IMG/VR virus record: IMGVR_UViG_3300032320_001595
Coordinates: 17,612-81,611 of that record
DNA length: 64,000 nucleotides
DNA from: a virus
Lineage: Duplodnaviria > Caudoviricetes
Direction: 5' to 3' (one strand)
Below are positions 63,993-64,000 of this stretch, one piece after another. The notes under the pieces were generated by a model. The model was not told where the DNA came from. It searched no databases and worked only from the letters and a program-made list of their open reading frames with translations. Made by a program: the position numbers and the translations under genes. How positions within the stretch are numbered: position 1 is the first letter of the stretch; every line of letters starts with the position of its first letter.

Positions 63993-63999
63993 ATTATAT
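63993..63999 (-). promoter_or_regulatory. -10 promoter (ATATAAT) upstream of fibre gene 63960
   Basis: Intergenic; GAGG SD before ATG; upstream context cut by window end. Confidence 0.45.
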
Positions 64000-64000
64000 C

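Noticed and set aside
1-64000. Prophage/integrase, IS elements, rRNA, or alternative genetic code
   Set aside because: No integrase, transposase, host genes or rRNA. TAA, TAG and TGA all terminate full-length conserved genes with tight packing.

Overview
A 64-kb segment of a large, AT-rich dsDNA tailed phage (siphovirus-type). Essentially every real gene is on the minus strand. Gene content and order resemble the Streptomyces BE/BK-type large siphoviruses, so an actinobacterial host is plausible; this is inferred from recalled family architecture, not from a search. In transcription order (right to left): two paralogous Ser/Thr-rich fibre genes; two ORFs built from 120-bp/40-aa beta-propeller repeats; a sulfotransferase/glycosyltransferase/methyltransferase cluster; SSB; portal, multidomain prohead protease-scaffold, major capsid, head-tail and major tail genes; tail chaperones with a -1 slippery site; a 2161-aa tape measure protein; minor tail genes; a replication/recombination module (helicase, primase, gp32-like SSB, DnaE, RecA, Cas4-like nuclease, RuvC); terminase; a SpoU/TrmH methyltransferase; a candidate ncRNA; two tRNAs flanking an HNH gene; a secreted lysozyme-like gene; a further glycosyltransferase; and small head- or fibre-related genes. 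Top leads: (1) strong enrichment of an [S/T]-A-S tripeptide in tail and fibre proteins next to a phage-encoded glycosylation/sulfation cluster, a candidate virion O-glycosylation sequon system; (2) a nested 'propeller-of-propellers' adhesin whose young blades come in exact multiples of seven, are shuffled between copies, and whose outer scaffold appears split across two ORFs; (3) a ~108-nt structured element 5' of tRNA-Gln; (4) a scaffold-like C-terminal motif and Lys-cleavage motifs shared by small putative head-cargo proteins. All product names come from motif recognition by eye; no database searches were run.
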